DNA of 64,000 nt. It comes from Polyangiaceae bacterium. GTDB lineage: Bacteria; Myxococcota_A; Polyangia; Polyangiales; Polyangiaceae. Positions 8,495 through 17,937 of this stretch are shown here, one piece after another (position 1 is the first letter of the stretch; every line of letters starts with the position of its first letter). The notes beneath the pieces were generated by a model, which did not search any database, was not told where the DNA came from, and saw only the letters and a list, made by a program, of their open reading frames with translations. Position numbers and translations under genes: made by a program. The stretch is taken from positions 5,564,914 to 5,628,913 of the forward strand of contig OZ245328.1 of assembly GCA_965225775.1 (NCBI GenBank), read 5' to 3'.

Positions 8495-10252
8495 ATGCTC
8501 CGAGGCCGGGTGAAGACCTGCCCTCGTTGCAAGATGCGCTTCGAAAACGCGGCGCGCTCCTGCGTGTTCGACGGTACGCCGCTGGACATGGTGGCCGACG
8601 TGCGTATCGGCACGTTGATCGCAGGGAAATACCTGGTCGGTGAAGTGCTGGGCGAAGGCGGCATGGCCACCGTCTACGCGGCAACCCAGAAGGTCACCGG
8701 CAAGTCGATCGCCCTCAAGGTGATGCACCCCATGCTGGCCACCGACGACGTGGTCCGCGAGCGCTTCCGTCGCGAGGCGAAGAACGCGCAGAAGCTCACC
8801 CACCCGAACATCATCGAGATCTACGACCAGGGCGACACCGAAGACGGCACCGCCTACATCGCGATGGAGCGCCTGCACGGTGCGCCGCTCTCCGCCACCA
8901 TCGGCGCGCGCACCATGACCTTGCCGCGCGCCTTGCGCATCATGGTGCAGCTCGCCCGTGGCATCGCGCGCGCCCACGACCTCGACGTGGTGCACCGGGA
9001 CATCAAGCCCGACAACATCTTCCTCTGCGTGCGCGACGACGGCACCGAGCTCGTGAAAATCCTGGACTTCGGCATCGCCAAGTCCCGCCACGACAGCCGA
9101 TTGACCGGCCAGGGCGAGCTCTTCGGTACGCCGCAATACATGGCCCCCGAGCGCATCAAAAACGCCGAGGTGGGCCCCGCGGCCGATCTCTACGCGCTCG
9201 GCGTGGTGTTCTTCGAGCTGCTCACCGGCGAGCTGCCCTTCGATGCACCGGACATCGCGACCTTCTTCGTGAAGCACTTGAGGGACGCGCCTCCCTCCGC
9301 CGCCGCGAAGAACCCCGAGGTCTCTCCCGAGCTCGACGCGCTCGTAAACGCGCTCTTGGCGAAAGAGCCCGGGCAGCGGCCGGTCGACGGTCACCGCATC
9401 CAGACCACGCTGCTCGAGATCCTCACCTCCCTCTCGCTCGACGCACCTCCCTCGCCCGAGACCCTGACCGAGAGCTCCGGACCGCGCCTCACGCTCGAGC
9501 CCGCTTCGGGCGTAGACGCCTGGAAAAAGCGCATCGACGTGTTCGACGAGATGCTCGTGCTCGCCTTCGGCTCGAAGGACGAAGCACCTCCCGAGCTCGA
9601 CGCGCTGCTCGAAGGAGTGCGCGGTCTCGTGGATGAGCACGGCGCGCTCGCCGAACTTCAGGCCGAGGCACGGCGGGCGGTCGAGCGCATCGTGCACGAA
9701 GGCCGCGAGAAACGCCTCCAGCTCGGCTTCGCGGTGGACTCGCTCGGCCAAGACGCCTCGCGCGCGAAGGAAGAAGCCCGCGAAGCTTCGGCCATGCTCG
9801 AGTCCGCCAAGCTCGCCGACGCCGCGTTCCCGGCGCGCATGAAGGCGCTCGGAAAAGATCTGCTCTTTTGGGAAGGGCGCGCGGCCTTCCGCAATCCGTC
9901 CGCCGATCTCGCCGCGGCCTACGCCGCCTTGGCCACCGCGCAGAACGATTGGCTCGGCGCACGGGCCACCATCGCCGAGCGCGAGAAGGCGCTGGCCGCC
10001 AAAGAAGCGCGCGTCTCGGACATCGACTTCCAAATCCGCGAGCTTCGCGCCGTGCTGGCCAAAGTCGAAGACGCGGTCGACAACGAGCGTGAGGCCGAAG
10101 AGGCCCGCGCGCGCGCTTTGGGTGAACGCGTGGAGACCTTGGAAAAGAGCCTGCTCGCCGAGATTCAGAAGTTTTGCATGCCCCTCCGCAAACGGCAGGA
10201 GCTACGCCCGCTCTTCCGTGAGCTCGAGAGCTCGGGCGCCGTCGTCTCGTGA
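8495..10252 (+). CDS. serine/threonine protein kinase with N-terminal zinc ribbon and C-terminal coiled-coil region
   Basis: Hanks kinase motifs GEGGMATVY, HRDIKPDNIF, DFGIAK, GTPQYMAPE; start ATG 8495 (MLRGRVKTCPRCKMRF). Confidence 0.85.
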   Translation: MLRGRVKTCPRCKMRFENAARSCVFDGTPLDMVADVRIGTLIAGKYLVGEVLGEGGMATVYAATQKVTGKSIALKVMHPMLATDDVVRERFRREAKNAQKLTHPNIIEIYDQGDTEDGTAYIAMERLHGAPLSATIGARTMTLPRALRIMVQLARGIARAHDLDVVHRDIKPDNIFLCVRDDGTELVKILDFGIAKSRHDSRLTGQGELFGTPQYMAPERIKNAEVGPAADLYALGVVFFELLTGELPFDAPDIATFFVKHLRDAPPSAAAKNPEVSPELDALVNALLAKEPGQRPVDGHRIQTTLLEILTSLSLDAPPSPETLTESSGPRLTLEPASGVDAWKKRIDVFDEMLVLAFGSKDEAPPELDALLEGVRGLVDEHGALAELQAEARRAVERIVHEGREKRLQLGFAVDSLGQDASRAKEEAREASAMLESAKLADAAFPARMKALGKDLLFWEGRAAFRNPSADLAAAYAALATAQNDWLGARATIAEREKALAAKEARVSDIDFQIRELRAVLAKVEDAVDNEREAEEARARALGERVETLEKSLLAEIQKFCMPLRKRQELRPLFRELESSGAVVS

Positions 10253-11583
10253 GCTCGCTCCTCGAAGCCTGCGCGGCCGTCGCCGCTCGCCTCGCCGACC
10301 CCACCGAAGCCCGCACGGCAGCTGAAAGTCCCGGGCCGCTCTCCGTGCTCTACGGCGGCGCGCAGCTCTTCGGTGACGCCTCGTTCGCCAAGCTGGGCGC
10401 CCTCGCCGCGAAGACCTTCGACACGTACGTGCAAACCGCACACGATATGCGCGAGGCCACCGGCCTGCCGCTCGAGGACACGCTCGCGCTCGACGTGCGC
10501 GCACGCGTCGCCGACAAGCTCCGGACCGCTCCCCTCGAAGACGTGCGCATCGACTTCGAAGACGGCTACGGCGTGCGCTCGGACGAAGACGAAGACCGCG
10601 ACGCCGATCGCGTGGGCAAGGTGCTCGCGCAGGGGCAGCCCGAAACGCCACGTTTCTGCGGCATCCGCACCAAGGCCTTCGATACGAAGACCGGCGCGCG
10701 CGCGGCACGCACCCTCGCGCGTGTGTTCGAGAAGCTCGACGCACGAACGCTGCCCGAGACCTTCTCGGTCACCTTGCCCAAGGTGCGCACCGCGGAAGAA
10801 GTGGCGCGCTTCTGCGACGTGATCGACCTCGCCGAGCGCGCCGCCTCGCTTCCCGAAGGCCGGGTTCGCCTCGAGCTCATGATCGAGACGCCCGACGCCG
10901 TGGTAGACGAAAACGGCGCGCTCGCCCTGCCGAAGCTCGTTCGTGCCGGCCGCGGACGCGTCGATTCGGTGCACCTCGGTGCGTACGATTTGCTCTCGCT
11001 CGCCGGCGTTGCCGCCAATGCGCAGAGCCTGGAAAATCCGCTCTACACGCACGTGCGCGCGCTGCTCGCGCTCTCCGCCCGCACCCGAGGCGTGCGCTTG
11101 GTGGACGGCGCCACCACGCGCCTCCCGCTCCCGGTCCACAAGGGCGAAACGCCTACCGACACGCAGCGCACGGAGAACGGGCTCCACGTTCGCGCCGCGT
11201 TGGCCGCCCACGCGAAGAACGTGACCTCGGCCCTCGCCTACGGTCTGCACCAAGGCTGGGATCTTCACCCGGCGCAGCTCTGCGCACGCTACGCGGCCGT
11301 AGGTGCATTTTACACTGAAGCGCTCGCCGCCTCGAAAGCGCGTCTCTCGACCTTCGTCGATCGGGCCGCGCGCGCTACCGCGAGCGGCCAGACCTTCGAC
11401 GACGCGGCGACAGCGCAGGGGCTCGTGGTCTTCTTCGCGCGAGGGCTCGCATCGGGCCTCTTGCGTCCGTCGGACCTTGAAGGCGCGGGCCTCTTGCCGG
11501 CCGAGCTCGAAGACCTACGCCTGGCCGACTTCTCCGCGCTCGTGGCGCGAAGAGCGTGCGACCGGGCGCAGGCGCCCGGCTGA
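10249..11583 (+). CDS. HpcH/HpaI aldolase / citrate lyase beta-subunit (CitE)-like family protein (DUF6986-like), translationally coupled to the kinase
   Basis: 444-aa ORF; GTG start overlaps kinase stop (GTGA); CitE-like motifs IDFEDGYG, MIETPDAV, HLGAYDL. Confidence 0.55.
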   Translation: MSSLLEACAAVAARLADPTEARTAAESPGPLSVLYGGAQLFGDASFAKLGALAAKTFDTYVQTAHDMREATGLPLEDTLALDVRARVADKLRTAPLEDVRIDFEDGYGVRSDEDEDRDADRVGKVLAQGQPETPRFCGIRTKAFDTKTGARAARTLARVFEKLDARTLPETFSVTLPKVRTAEEVARFCDVIDLAERAASLPEGRVRLELMIETPDAVVDENGALALPKLVRAGRGRVDSVHLGAYDLLSLAGVAANAQSLENPLYTHVRALLALSARTRGVRLVDGATTRLPLPVHKGETPTDTQRTENGLHVRAALAAHAKNVTSALAYGLHQGWDLHPAQLCARYAAVGAFYTEALAASKARLSTFVDRAARATASGQTFDDAATAQGLVVFFARGLASGLLRPSDLEGAGLLPAELEDLRLADFSALVARRACDRAQAPG

Positions 11584-11589
11584 GTGGAA

Positions 11590-11928
11590 TCAGCTCCCGC
11601 GGTAGGTCGAGTACCCGTACGGGCTCACGAGCAGCGGCACGTGGTAGTGCGAGTCCACTTCGCGAATGCGAAAGGTGACCGTGACCTCGGGGTAAAAACA
11701 CTCGAGGTTTTGCAGGTGATAATACGCGGTGGTGTCGAAGGTGATGCGGTAGACCGCGGCCTCGAGCTTGCCCTCGGGCACCAGATCTTTGATGCGGCCG
11801 TCGGCGTCGGTCATACCGCCACCCGAGCGCACCCAGCCCTCGTCGGTCTTCTTTTCGAGCGAGACGGGCACGCCTGCCGCAGGCTTGCCGAGCGTGGTGT
11901 CGAGAATGTGCGTGGATACGGATCTCAT
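11590..11928 (-). CDS. uraH: 5-hydroxyisourate hydrolase (transthyretin-like)
   Basis: 112 aa; N-terminal STHILDTTLGKPAAG and C-terminal YRGS tetrapeptide diagnostic of HIU hydrolases. Confidence 0.85.
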   Translation of the reverse strand: MRSVSTHILDTTLGKPAAGVPVSLEKKTDEGWVRSGGGMTDADGRIKDLVPEGKLEAAVYRITFDTTAYYHLQNLECFYPEVTVTFRIREVDSHYHVPLLVSPYGYSTYRGS

Positions 11929-11930
11929 GG

Positions 11931-12497
11931 TCAGCGCTTTCCGAAGACGAGCTTCGCCAGGCGAATGTCGGTGATCTTACGTTGTTCTTCGCCGGCGATT
12001 CCGAGCTCGACAGCGGGTTCGTTGGAGAGGCGAGCCCGCGCGATGGCGAGCATCTCGTCGGCGGTCTTGCCGGTGGCGCATACGATGTAGATGCGACCGA
12101 ACTTCTCCCTGTACTTTACATTCACCTCGGCGAGAGCGGTGAGCGTATCGCTCGTGGCTTCGGCGACCCGCGACTGCTCACCGGCGCTCCAGTTGGCCGA
12201 CTTCTGCGTCTGCGGACCTTCGGCCTTTTTGCCGCCGATCTCCGGGTGGGATCGAAAGGCCTCGTCCCAATCGGAAGGCGCGAGCGACGCCCACACCTCG
12301 GCGTTCTTGGCGGAGAGCTGCGCGAGCGAAACGAAGGGCCTCGATGCAGCCATTTTTTCGGCAAACGCGCGCGATCCACAGGCGTGCAAAAACGCGGCGG
12401 TCGCCTCTTCGAGAGGGAGCGCGTTCACGTGACGAATGCCTTCTCCTTCCGTCCGGGTGGAGTCGGCGTCGAGGGCGGGCGTGCGAGGTTCGGACAT
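11931..12497 (-). CDS. uraD: 2-oxo-4-hydroxy-4-carboxy-5-ureidoimidazoline (OHCU) decarboxylase
   Basis: 188 aa from ATG at 12497; conserved HPEIGG motif; 2 bp from uraH start, 7 bp downstream of allantoinase stop. Confidence 0.75.
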   Translation of the reverse strand: MSEPRTPALDADSTRTEGEGIRHVNALPLEEATAAFLHACGSRAFAEKMAASRPFVSLAQLSAKNAEVWASLAPSDWDEAFRSHPEIGGKKAEGPQTQKSANWSAGEQSRVAEATSDTLTALAEVNVKYREKFGRIYIVCATGKTADEMLAIARARLSNEPAVELGIAGEEQRKITDIRLAKLVFGKR

Positions 12498-12504
12498 GAG
12501 GGAT

Positions 12505-13917
12505 TCAGCGTCTTTCGGAGCGAGTGACCCAGCCGCCGTGCGGGCGCCCGAGCGATTGGCCTTCTTCGAACACGGTCTCCCCGCGGAGCAGCGTGCGCAC
12601 CACGCGCCCCGAGAGGCGCCTGCCCTCGTAGGGCGTGATCTTGTTCTTGTGCTCGAGCTCGAGCGCGGCGACGGAGAAGTCACCCTCGGGATCGAAGAAG
12701 CACAGGTCGGCGTCGTAGCCCGGGGCGATCTTGCCCTTGCGCCCCTCGAGCCCGACCAGGCGCGCGGGAGCCTCGGACATGATGCGCGAGAGATCGACCA
12801 GCGAGAAGCCGAGCGTCTTCGCCCGCGTCCACACGGCCGAGAGCCCGATCTGGAGCGACGAGATGCCGCCCCACGCGCGCATGAAGTCGCCCGAGTCGGA
12901 GCACTTGAGGTCGATCGTGGAGGGCGAGTGGTCGGTCACCACCTGGTCCAAAATGCCTTTTTTCAAGGCCTCCCAGAGCTTGTCCTGGTTCTCGCGCTCG
13001 CGCACCGGCGGACAGCACTTGAAGGCGGTGGCGCCGTCCACGATGTCTTCTGAGGCGAACGAGAGGTAGTGCGGGCACGTCTCGGCCGAGAACGGGGTGC
13101 CCGCTTCTTTGGCGCGCAGCACGGTGGGCAGCGCGTCCGAAGAGGAGAGATGCACCACGTGCGCGCGAGCCCGCGTCTCGGCGGAGAGCTTCACCACCAT
13201 CTCGACCGCGGCGTCTTCGGCGCTGCGAGGGCGCGACGCGAGGAAGGTCGCGTAGGCGCGCGGATCGAGGCCTTTCGTGGCTTTTTCCGCGGCGGACAGC
13301 GGCTCGGGCAGCTCGGCGTGCACGAAGAGCGGCGCGCCCACGTCGCTCAAGATGCGCATCCCGCGGCGCAGCTCGTCTTCGTTCACGTGGGAGAACTCGC
13401 TCACCCCGGACTCGGCCAAGAAGCACTTGAACGCGAGCACACCTTCACGGAACAAATCGGCGAGCGCGCCCGGGTTCGACGGAACCACGCCACCGGTAAG
13501 GCCCACGTCGACGAACGCGCGCCCCTCGAGAGCCTTGGCCTTCGCGTGCAGCGCTTCCAGGGAAATCGTCGAGGGAATGCTGTTGAGCGGCATGTCGACC
13601 AGGCACGTCACGCCGCCCTTGGCGGCCGCGCGGGTGGCCGTGTCGAAGCCCTCCCACGAGTCACGCCCGGGGTCGTTGATGTGCACGTGCGTATCGACGA
13701 TGCCCGCCATGACCACGAGGTCGCCGGCGTCGAGCACGGGAGCTCCTGGAGGCACCGCCTCGCGATCGACGAGCGCCCGGATTTTCCCGGACACCACGTG
13801 GATCGCCTTGGGCACGATGGCCCCCTCGCACACCACTCGGTTGCCGACGACGTAGAGCTCGTTCTGGGGAGATGTCACGGGACAGGCAGTGTGGGCGTCC
13901 TCGCGCGACGGGGTCAA
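12505..13917 (-). CDS. allB: allantoinase (cyclic amidohydrolase superfamily)
   Basis: 470 aa, TTG start; metal-binding DTHVHINDPGRDSWEGFDTATRAAAKGGVTCLVDMPLN signature. Confidence 0.85.
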   Translation of the reverse strand: MTPSREDAHTACPVTSPQNELYVVGNRVVCEGAIVPKAIHVVSGKIRALVDREAVPPGAPVLDAGDLVVMAGIVDTHVHINDPGRDSWEGFDTATRAAAKGGVTCLVDMPLNSIPSTISLEALHAKAKALEGRAFVDVGLTGGVVPSNPGALADLFREGVLAFKCFLAESGVSEFSHVNEDELRRGMRILSDVGAPLFVHAELPEPLSAAEKATKGLDPRAYATFLASRPRSAEDAAVEMVVKLSAETRARAHVVHLSSSDALPTVLRAKEAGTPFSAETCPHYLSFASEDIVDGATAFKCCPPVRERENQDKLWEALKKGILDQVVTDHSPSTIDLKCSDSGDFMRAWGGISSLQIGLSAVWTRAKTLGFSLVDLSRIMSEAPARLVGLEGRKGKIAPGYDADLCFFDPEGDFSVAALELEHKNKITPYEGRRLSGRVVRTLLRGETVFEEGQSLGRPHGGWVTRSERR

Positions 13918-14003
13918 GCACGCCGTTGCCCCGCGAGGCGTCTACCGTGCGAGCCCTCCCGCTGACGCGGAGCAGCGCTCGTCCGGTCCTCGCCAACGGC
14001 GGA

Positions 14004-14687
14004 ATGTTCGGCCTTTTTTCCGAGCATCCCTTCGCGCTACCGTTCCATGCTCCGATGGATCGCGAGCAAGCCACAGACGCGCTCCTGGTGCTGCGCAAGC
14101 TCGCCTCGAAGACACGAGACGACACCGCGCTGCAGAACTGGGGCCTAATCTGGATGTGCTCGGCCGTGTCCAACGGCGCGGGCTTCTTCGGCACGCATCT
14201 GCTGTTCGAGAGAGGTCGCTACGAGCCTCTGCCCTACGTGACGCTGTGGGCCGCGGTTTTCGTGGCCAACGGGGCCTTCATCTTGTTCTTGAAGGGCAAG
14301 ACCACGGGCGCCAAATCCTTCGTCGACAAGCAGACCTTCGCCATCTGGAACACGTTCGTCGGCGCGATGGCGCTCACCGCGGTGGTCAACTACCTGCTCG
14401 GCGTGCGCGTGATGCTCTTCATGCCCGCCGTCGCCTGCATCGTCGCCGCGATGACCTTCTCGGCCATGGGCTCGATCATGGGGCGTGTGTGGTACGCCCC
14501 AGCAGGGCTCTGGGCCTGCATGGCCATCGTGATGGCGCTTCGACCACGAGAGCAGTTCGCCATCTTCGCCGTGCTCTGGGCCCTCACACAGGGCACGGGA
14601 GGCGCGCTCCTCCACCGCGAGAAGCTGCGTTTGGCCCGCAAAAACAAGGGCAAATCGAGCAAGGGCGACGAAGGAGCCGACCCGTGA
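14004..14687 (+). CDS. hypothetical polytopic membrane protein
   Basis: ATG at 14004 (MFGLFSEHPF...); about 5 predicted TM helices; stop overlaps next gene start (GTGA). Confidence 0.45.
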   Translation: MFGLFSEHPFALPFHAPMDREQATDALLVLRKLASKTRDDTALQNWGLIWMCSAVSNGAGFFGTHLLFERGRYEPLPYVTLWAAVFVANGAFILFLKGKTTGAKSFVDKQTFAIWNTFVGAMALTAVVNYLLGVRVMLFMPAVACIVAAMTFSAMGSIMGRVWYAPAGLWACMAIVMALRPREQFAIFAVLWALTQGTGGALLHREKLRLARKNKGKSSKGDEGADP

Positions 14688-15727
14688 GCCGGAGGCGAAG
14701 CCTGCCCGAGATTGCCGTGCTCGGAGCGCTGGCGAGCGCGCCCCACGGGCTCACGGCCGAGCTCTTGGTCGACGAGCTCGCGGACGTGGACCTCGACGCG
14801 GAAGCCGCGCTCGCCGCTTGCGAGACGCTCGTTCGCGAGCGCTGCGTGTCGCTCGAGGGCGAATCGTTCGTGCTCACGCCCCACGGAGGTACCGCGCTGC
14901 TCGAGGTGCACGCGTCCATCGAGCGCGCGCTCGATCCTTCGCCCACCACGCCGGGCATGGAGATATGCCCTTCCCTTCCCTGGCTAACCACCGTGCGGAC
15001 CGAGTGGAACGACGCGCTCTCGCTGAATTACGCGGTGGATCCGGACGCGCTCGCGAAGCTCTTGCCGGCGCCCCTTGAGCCCGAGATTTTCCACGGCCGC
15101 GCGTGGGTCCAGGTGCTCGCCTCGCGCCTGCGCGAGATGCGTCCGCAAGGAATGCCCGGGCTCTTCGGCGTGGACTTCCACCAGGTGAGCTACCGCGCCG
15201 CGGTGACCTACACGGGAAGCCACGGACCGCGACGCGGAGGCTATTTCGTGCGCAGCGAGACCGATCACGCGGTCATGCGCGCCATCGGCAACGCGCTGGT
15301 CGAGTTCCGCTTCCACGACTTCGAGGCGGCCAAAATCTCGCTCGCACGGAAGCAACATCGCCTGACGTTCCGCTCCGAATCTCGTGCCGGAAACTCGAAC
15401 GAAAGCGCGTTCGTCACGTCGGTCGAGCTCGACGTAGGCCGAGACCACGCGCCCCCACGCGCGTGCCCGTGGACCTCCCGCGAAGACCTCGGGAGGTCTC
15501 TGGTGGAGTGCTACGACGCGTTCGGCGTCACCGACGACTACGTGTACGTTCTCACCATCGATCGGGAGCCCTGGCGAGAGGCCTTCGCCGATCCGCTCTC
15601 GGTGCGCGTCGATTGGATGAGCAAAGGGCCTCTGGCGGGCGCGGCCACGTTCGACTCGGCGCTCTACCTGCCGAAGCCCTGCCGCTACACGTGGCGCCCG
15701 CTCCGGCGCGAGCGCATCCCGCGATGA
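14684..15727 (+). CDS. DUF2071 (YqjF-like) family protein with N-terminal winged-helix-like segment
   Basis: GTG at 14684; N-term LPEIAVLGALASAPHGLTAELLVDEL; 4-bp overlaps with both neighbours. Confidence 0.5.
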   Translation: MSRRRSLPEIAVLGALASAPHGLTAELLVDELADVDLDAEAALAACETLVRERCVSLEGESFVLTPHGGTALLEVHASIERALDPSPTTPGMEICPSLPWLTTVRTEWNDALSLNYAVDPDALAKLLPAPLEPEIFHGRAWVQVLASRLREMRPQGMPGLFGVDFHQVSYRAAVTYTGSHGPRRGGYFVRSETDHAVMRAIGNALVEFRFHDFEAAKISLARKQHRLTFRSESRAGNSNESAFVTSVELDVGRDHAPPRACPWTSREDLGRSLVECYDAFGVTDDYVYVLTIDREPWREAFADPLSVRVDWMSKGPLAGAATFDSALYLPKPCRYTWRPLRRERIPR

Positions 15728-16536
15728 GCCCGCGCGAAGACCGCGTGGTGGTGATCACGGGCGGGACCAAGGGCATCGGGCTCGCCATGGCCGAGGGCTT
15801 CTTGCATCGCGGCTGTCGGGTGGCCTTGTGCGGGCGCGATCCGGAGTCCGTGCGCGAGGTCGTGGGCGAGCTCGGACGTCGCCACGAGGCCTCGCGCGTG
15901 GTCGGCACGGCCTGCGACGTGAGCCGCACAGAGGACCACCAGAAGCTCCTCTCGTGCGCCAAGCAGGCGTTCGGCAAGGTCGACGTGTGGATCAACAACG
16001 CCGGAACGAGCAGCCCGCAAGTGCCCTTCCTGGCGCAATCTCCCGACGTGGTGAAGAGCGTGGTCGAGACCAACCTGCTCGGCACCATGCTCGGCTCGCA
16101 CGTGGCGCTCACCGAGATGCGCGCCCGAGGATTCGGTGCACTCTACAACATGGAGGGCTTCGGTAGCGACGGAGCCAAGCAGCCCGGCATGACCAGCTAC
16201 GGCAGCAGCAAGGTCGGCGTGCGCTACTTCACCCGCGCCCTCGCCAAAGAGCTCGCGGCGACGCCGCTGCTCGTCTGCACGCTGAGCCCGGGCGTCGTGC
16301 TGACCGATCTCTTGATCGACGTCTACCAGAAGGGCGACCGCGAGAACTACGAGAAGGCCGCCTGGCTCTTCCGCTTCATCGCCGATCCCGCGGACGTGGT
16401 CGGGCCGTGGCTGGCCGACGCCGTGCTCGCCAATCGCAAGACGGACGTTCGGCTGGCCTGGATGACCGTCCCCAAAGCCGTGCTTCGCTTCTTCCAGCCG
16501 AGATTCCACGCACGAAAAGTCTTCCCGCCGCGCTGA
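15724..16536 (+). CDS. short-chain dehydrogenase/reductase (SDR) family oxidoreductase
   Basis: ATG 15724 overlapping upstream stop (ATGA); TGGTKGIG Rossmann motif, NNAG, catalytic YGSSK. Confidence 0.8.
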   Translation: MSPREDRVVVITGGTKGIGLAMAEGFLHRGCRVALCGRDPESVREVVGELGRRHEASRVVGTACDVSRTEDHQKLLSCAKQAFGKVDVWINNAGTSSPQVPFLAQSPDVVKSVVETNLLGTMLGSHVALTEMRARGFGALYNMEGFGSDGAKQPGMTSYGSSKVGVRYFTRALAKELAATPLLVCTLSPGVVLTDLLIDVYQKGDRENYEKAAWLFRFIADPADVVGPWLADAVLANRKTDVRLAWMTVPKAVLRFFQPRFHARKVFPPR

Positions 16537-16555
16537 GCCGGGATAGGCTTAAACG

Positions 16556-17929
16556 ATGCGTTTTGGTTCACTTCGCCGCCTCGGGGCGGTCGTCGTCGCG
16601 CTCGGACTTTTTCTACCCTCGGCGGCGTGCTTCGACTCCACGTGGGGCGAGGCGAAGCGCGCGCAAGAGCGCGAGGCCGCGCGCGCCACTCCGACCGACC
16701 TCAAGGCGCTTTCGGGTGCGGGCGCCAATGGACGCCTCACCCCCATTCGGGTGCACGTGTACGCCTCCCCCAAGTACACGGCCCAGGTGATCGACGCGCC
16801 GAAGCGCTTCGGTGAAACGGTCGAAGAGGCGAACCGCGTGCTCGCCGGCGCCGGCGTGGTGCTCGACGTGGCCTCGTTCGAGACCTGGAGCCCGAGCGAA
16901 GACGACCTGCCCGTGACGCTCGCGGCCTTGGAAAAGGCCTACCCCGGCAACGGCGAAGATTTGTACGTGGGGCTCGTGGGCTCGGTGCCTCGGCTCGCCC
17001 TGTCGTTCCACGACGTCGGCTACGCGACCGTACTCGGTCATCACCTGGTGCTTCGCGCGCCCTCCCGCGCGGACGACGTGGACGCCATCCAACGCAACCT
17101 GGACGAGCTCTCCACCGAAGAGCGCGAGCAGCTCATCAAGAGCCGCCGAAACCACCGCGCCGCCGTGGTCTTGCTGCACGAGCTCGGTCACACGCTGGGC
17201 GCCGTGCACGAAACCGCCGAGTCGAGCATCATGAGCACCTCGTACGCAGCCGAACGAAGCGCATTCGGCCCGGGGAACATGGCCATTTTGAACGCCACGC
17301 TGCGCCATCGCGCCGCCCACGAGTCGCTGCGGGGCGCGCTCGCCCGCGAGATCCTCGGAACGCTCGACCAGCAAAAGGCGGACTTCGTGCCCGCGGACTA
17401 CACGAGCACGCGCGCGTACGTGGCCGAGATCGCCGCGCGCGAGTCTTCGCCTTCACCGACCGAGAGCGAAGCTTCCACGGCGAGCACGGCGAGCGCGGCG
17501 GGCCCGGCGAGCACGACCGCCACCTCGAGCGCCCCTCGAAAGGCGGGTTGGCTCCCGACGCCGGCCATCACCACCCGGCTTCCACCCCCTTCGCTTTCGG
17601 CGTCGACCGCGAGCGCGAGCGCGCCCACGTCGGCGTCCGCGTCGGCCAAGCCTGCCGCGCAGGCGAACGCCCCGGAGACCGCGGTCCCCGGCCTCGACGA
17701 GCTCACCCCCGCGCACCGCGAGCTCTATCGAACGAGCAGCACCGCGTTCGAGTCGGGCGATCCGAAGGGCGCGTGGGATCGCGCAAAGCCGCTTTTTTCT
17801 GCTTATCCGAACAGCTACGCGGTGCAAGACCTCCGCTGCAGGATGGCCATGGCGCTCGCGAGCTACGACGCCGCGCGACCCGAGTGCGATGCGGTCATGC
17901 GCCTCAGCCGCGGTCCCGGAAGAAAGTAG
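16556..17929 (+). CDS. secreted zinc-metalloprotease-like protein (HExxH) with C-terminal TPR-like region
   Basis: 457 aa; signal peptide; LLHELGHTLGAVHE zincin motif. Confidence 0.5.
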   Translation: MRFGSLRRLGAVVVALGLFLPSAACFDSTWGEAKRAQEREAARATPTDLKALSGAGANGRLTPIRVHVYASPKYTAQVIDAPKRFGETVEEANRVLAGAGVVLDVASFETWSPSEDDLPVTLAALEKAYPGNGEDLYVGLVGSVPRLALSFHDVGYATVLGHHLVLRAPSRADDVDAIQRNLDELSTEEREQLIKSRRNHRAAVVLLHELGHTLGAVHETAESSIMSTSYAAERSAFGPGNMAILNATLRHRAAHESLRGALAREILGTLDQQKADFVPADYTSTRAYVAEIAARESSPSPTESEASTASTASAAGPASTTATSSAPRKAGWLPTPAITTRLPPPSLSASTASASAPTSASASAKPAAQANAPETAVPGLDELTPAHRELYRTSSTAFESGDPKGAWDRAKPLFSAYPNSYAVQDLRCRMAMALASYDAARPECDAVMRLSRGPGRK

Positions 17930-17937
17930 CGTCGCGA

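Noticed and set aside
12497-12683. Longer 250-aa form of OHCU decarboxylase
   Set aside because: The extra 62 N-terminal residues are Ser/Arg-rich, overlap the allantoinase 3' end, and would make the protein atypically long. ATG at 12497 gives the usual size of about 188 aa.
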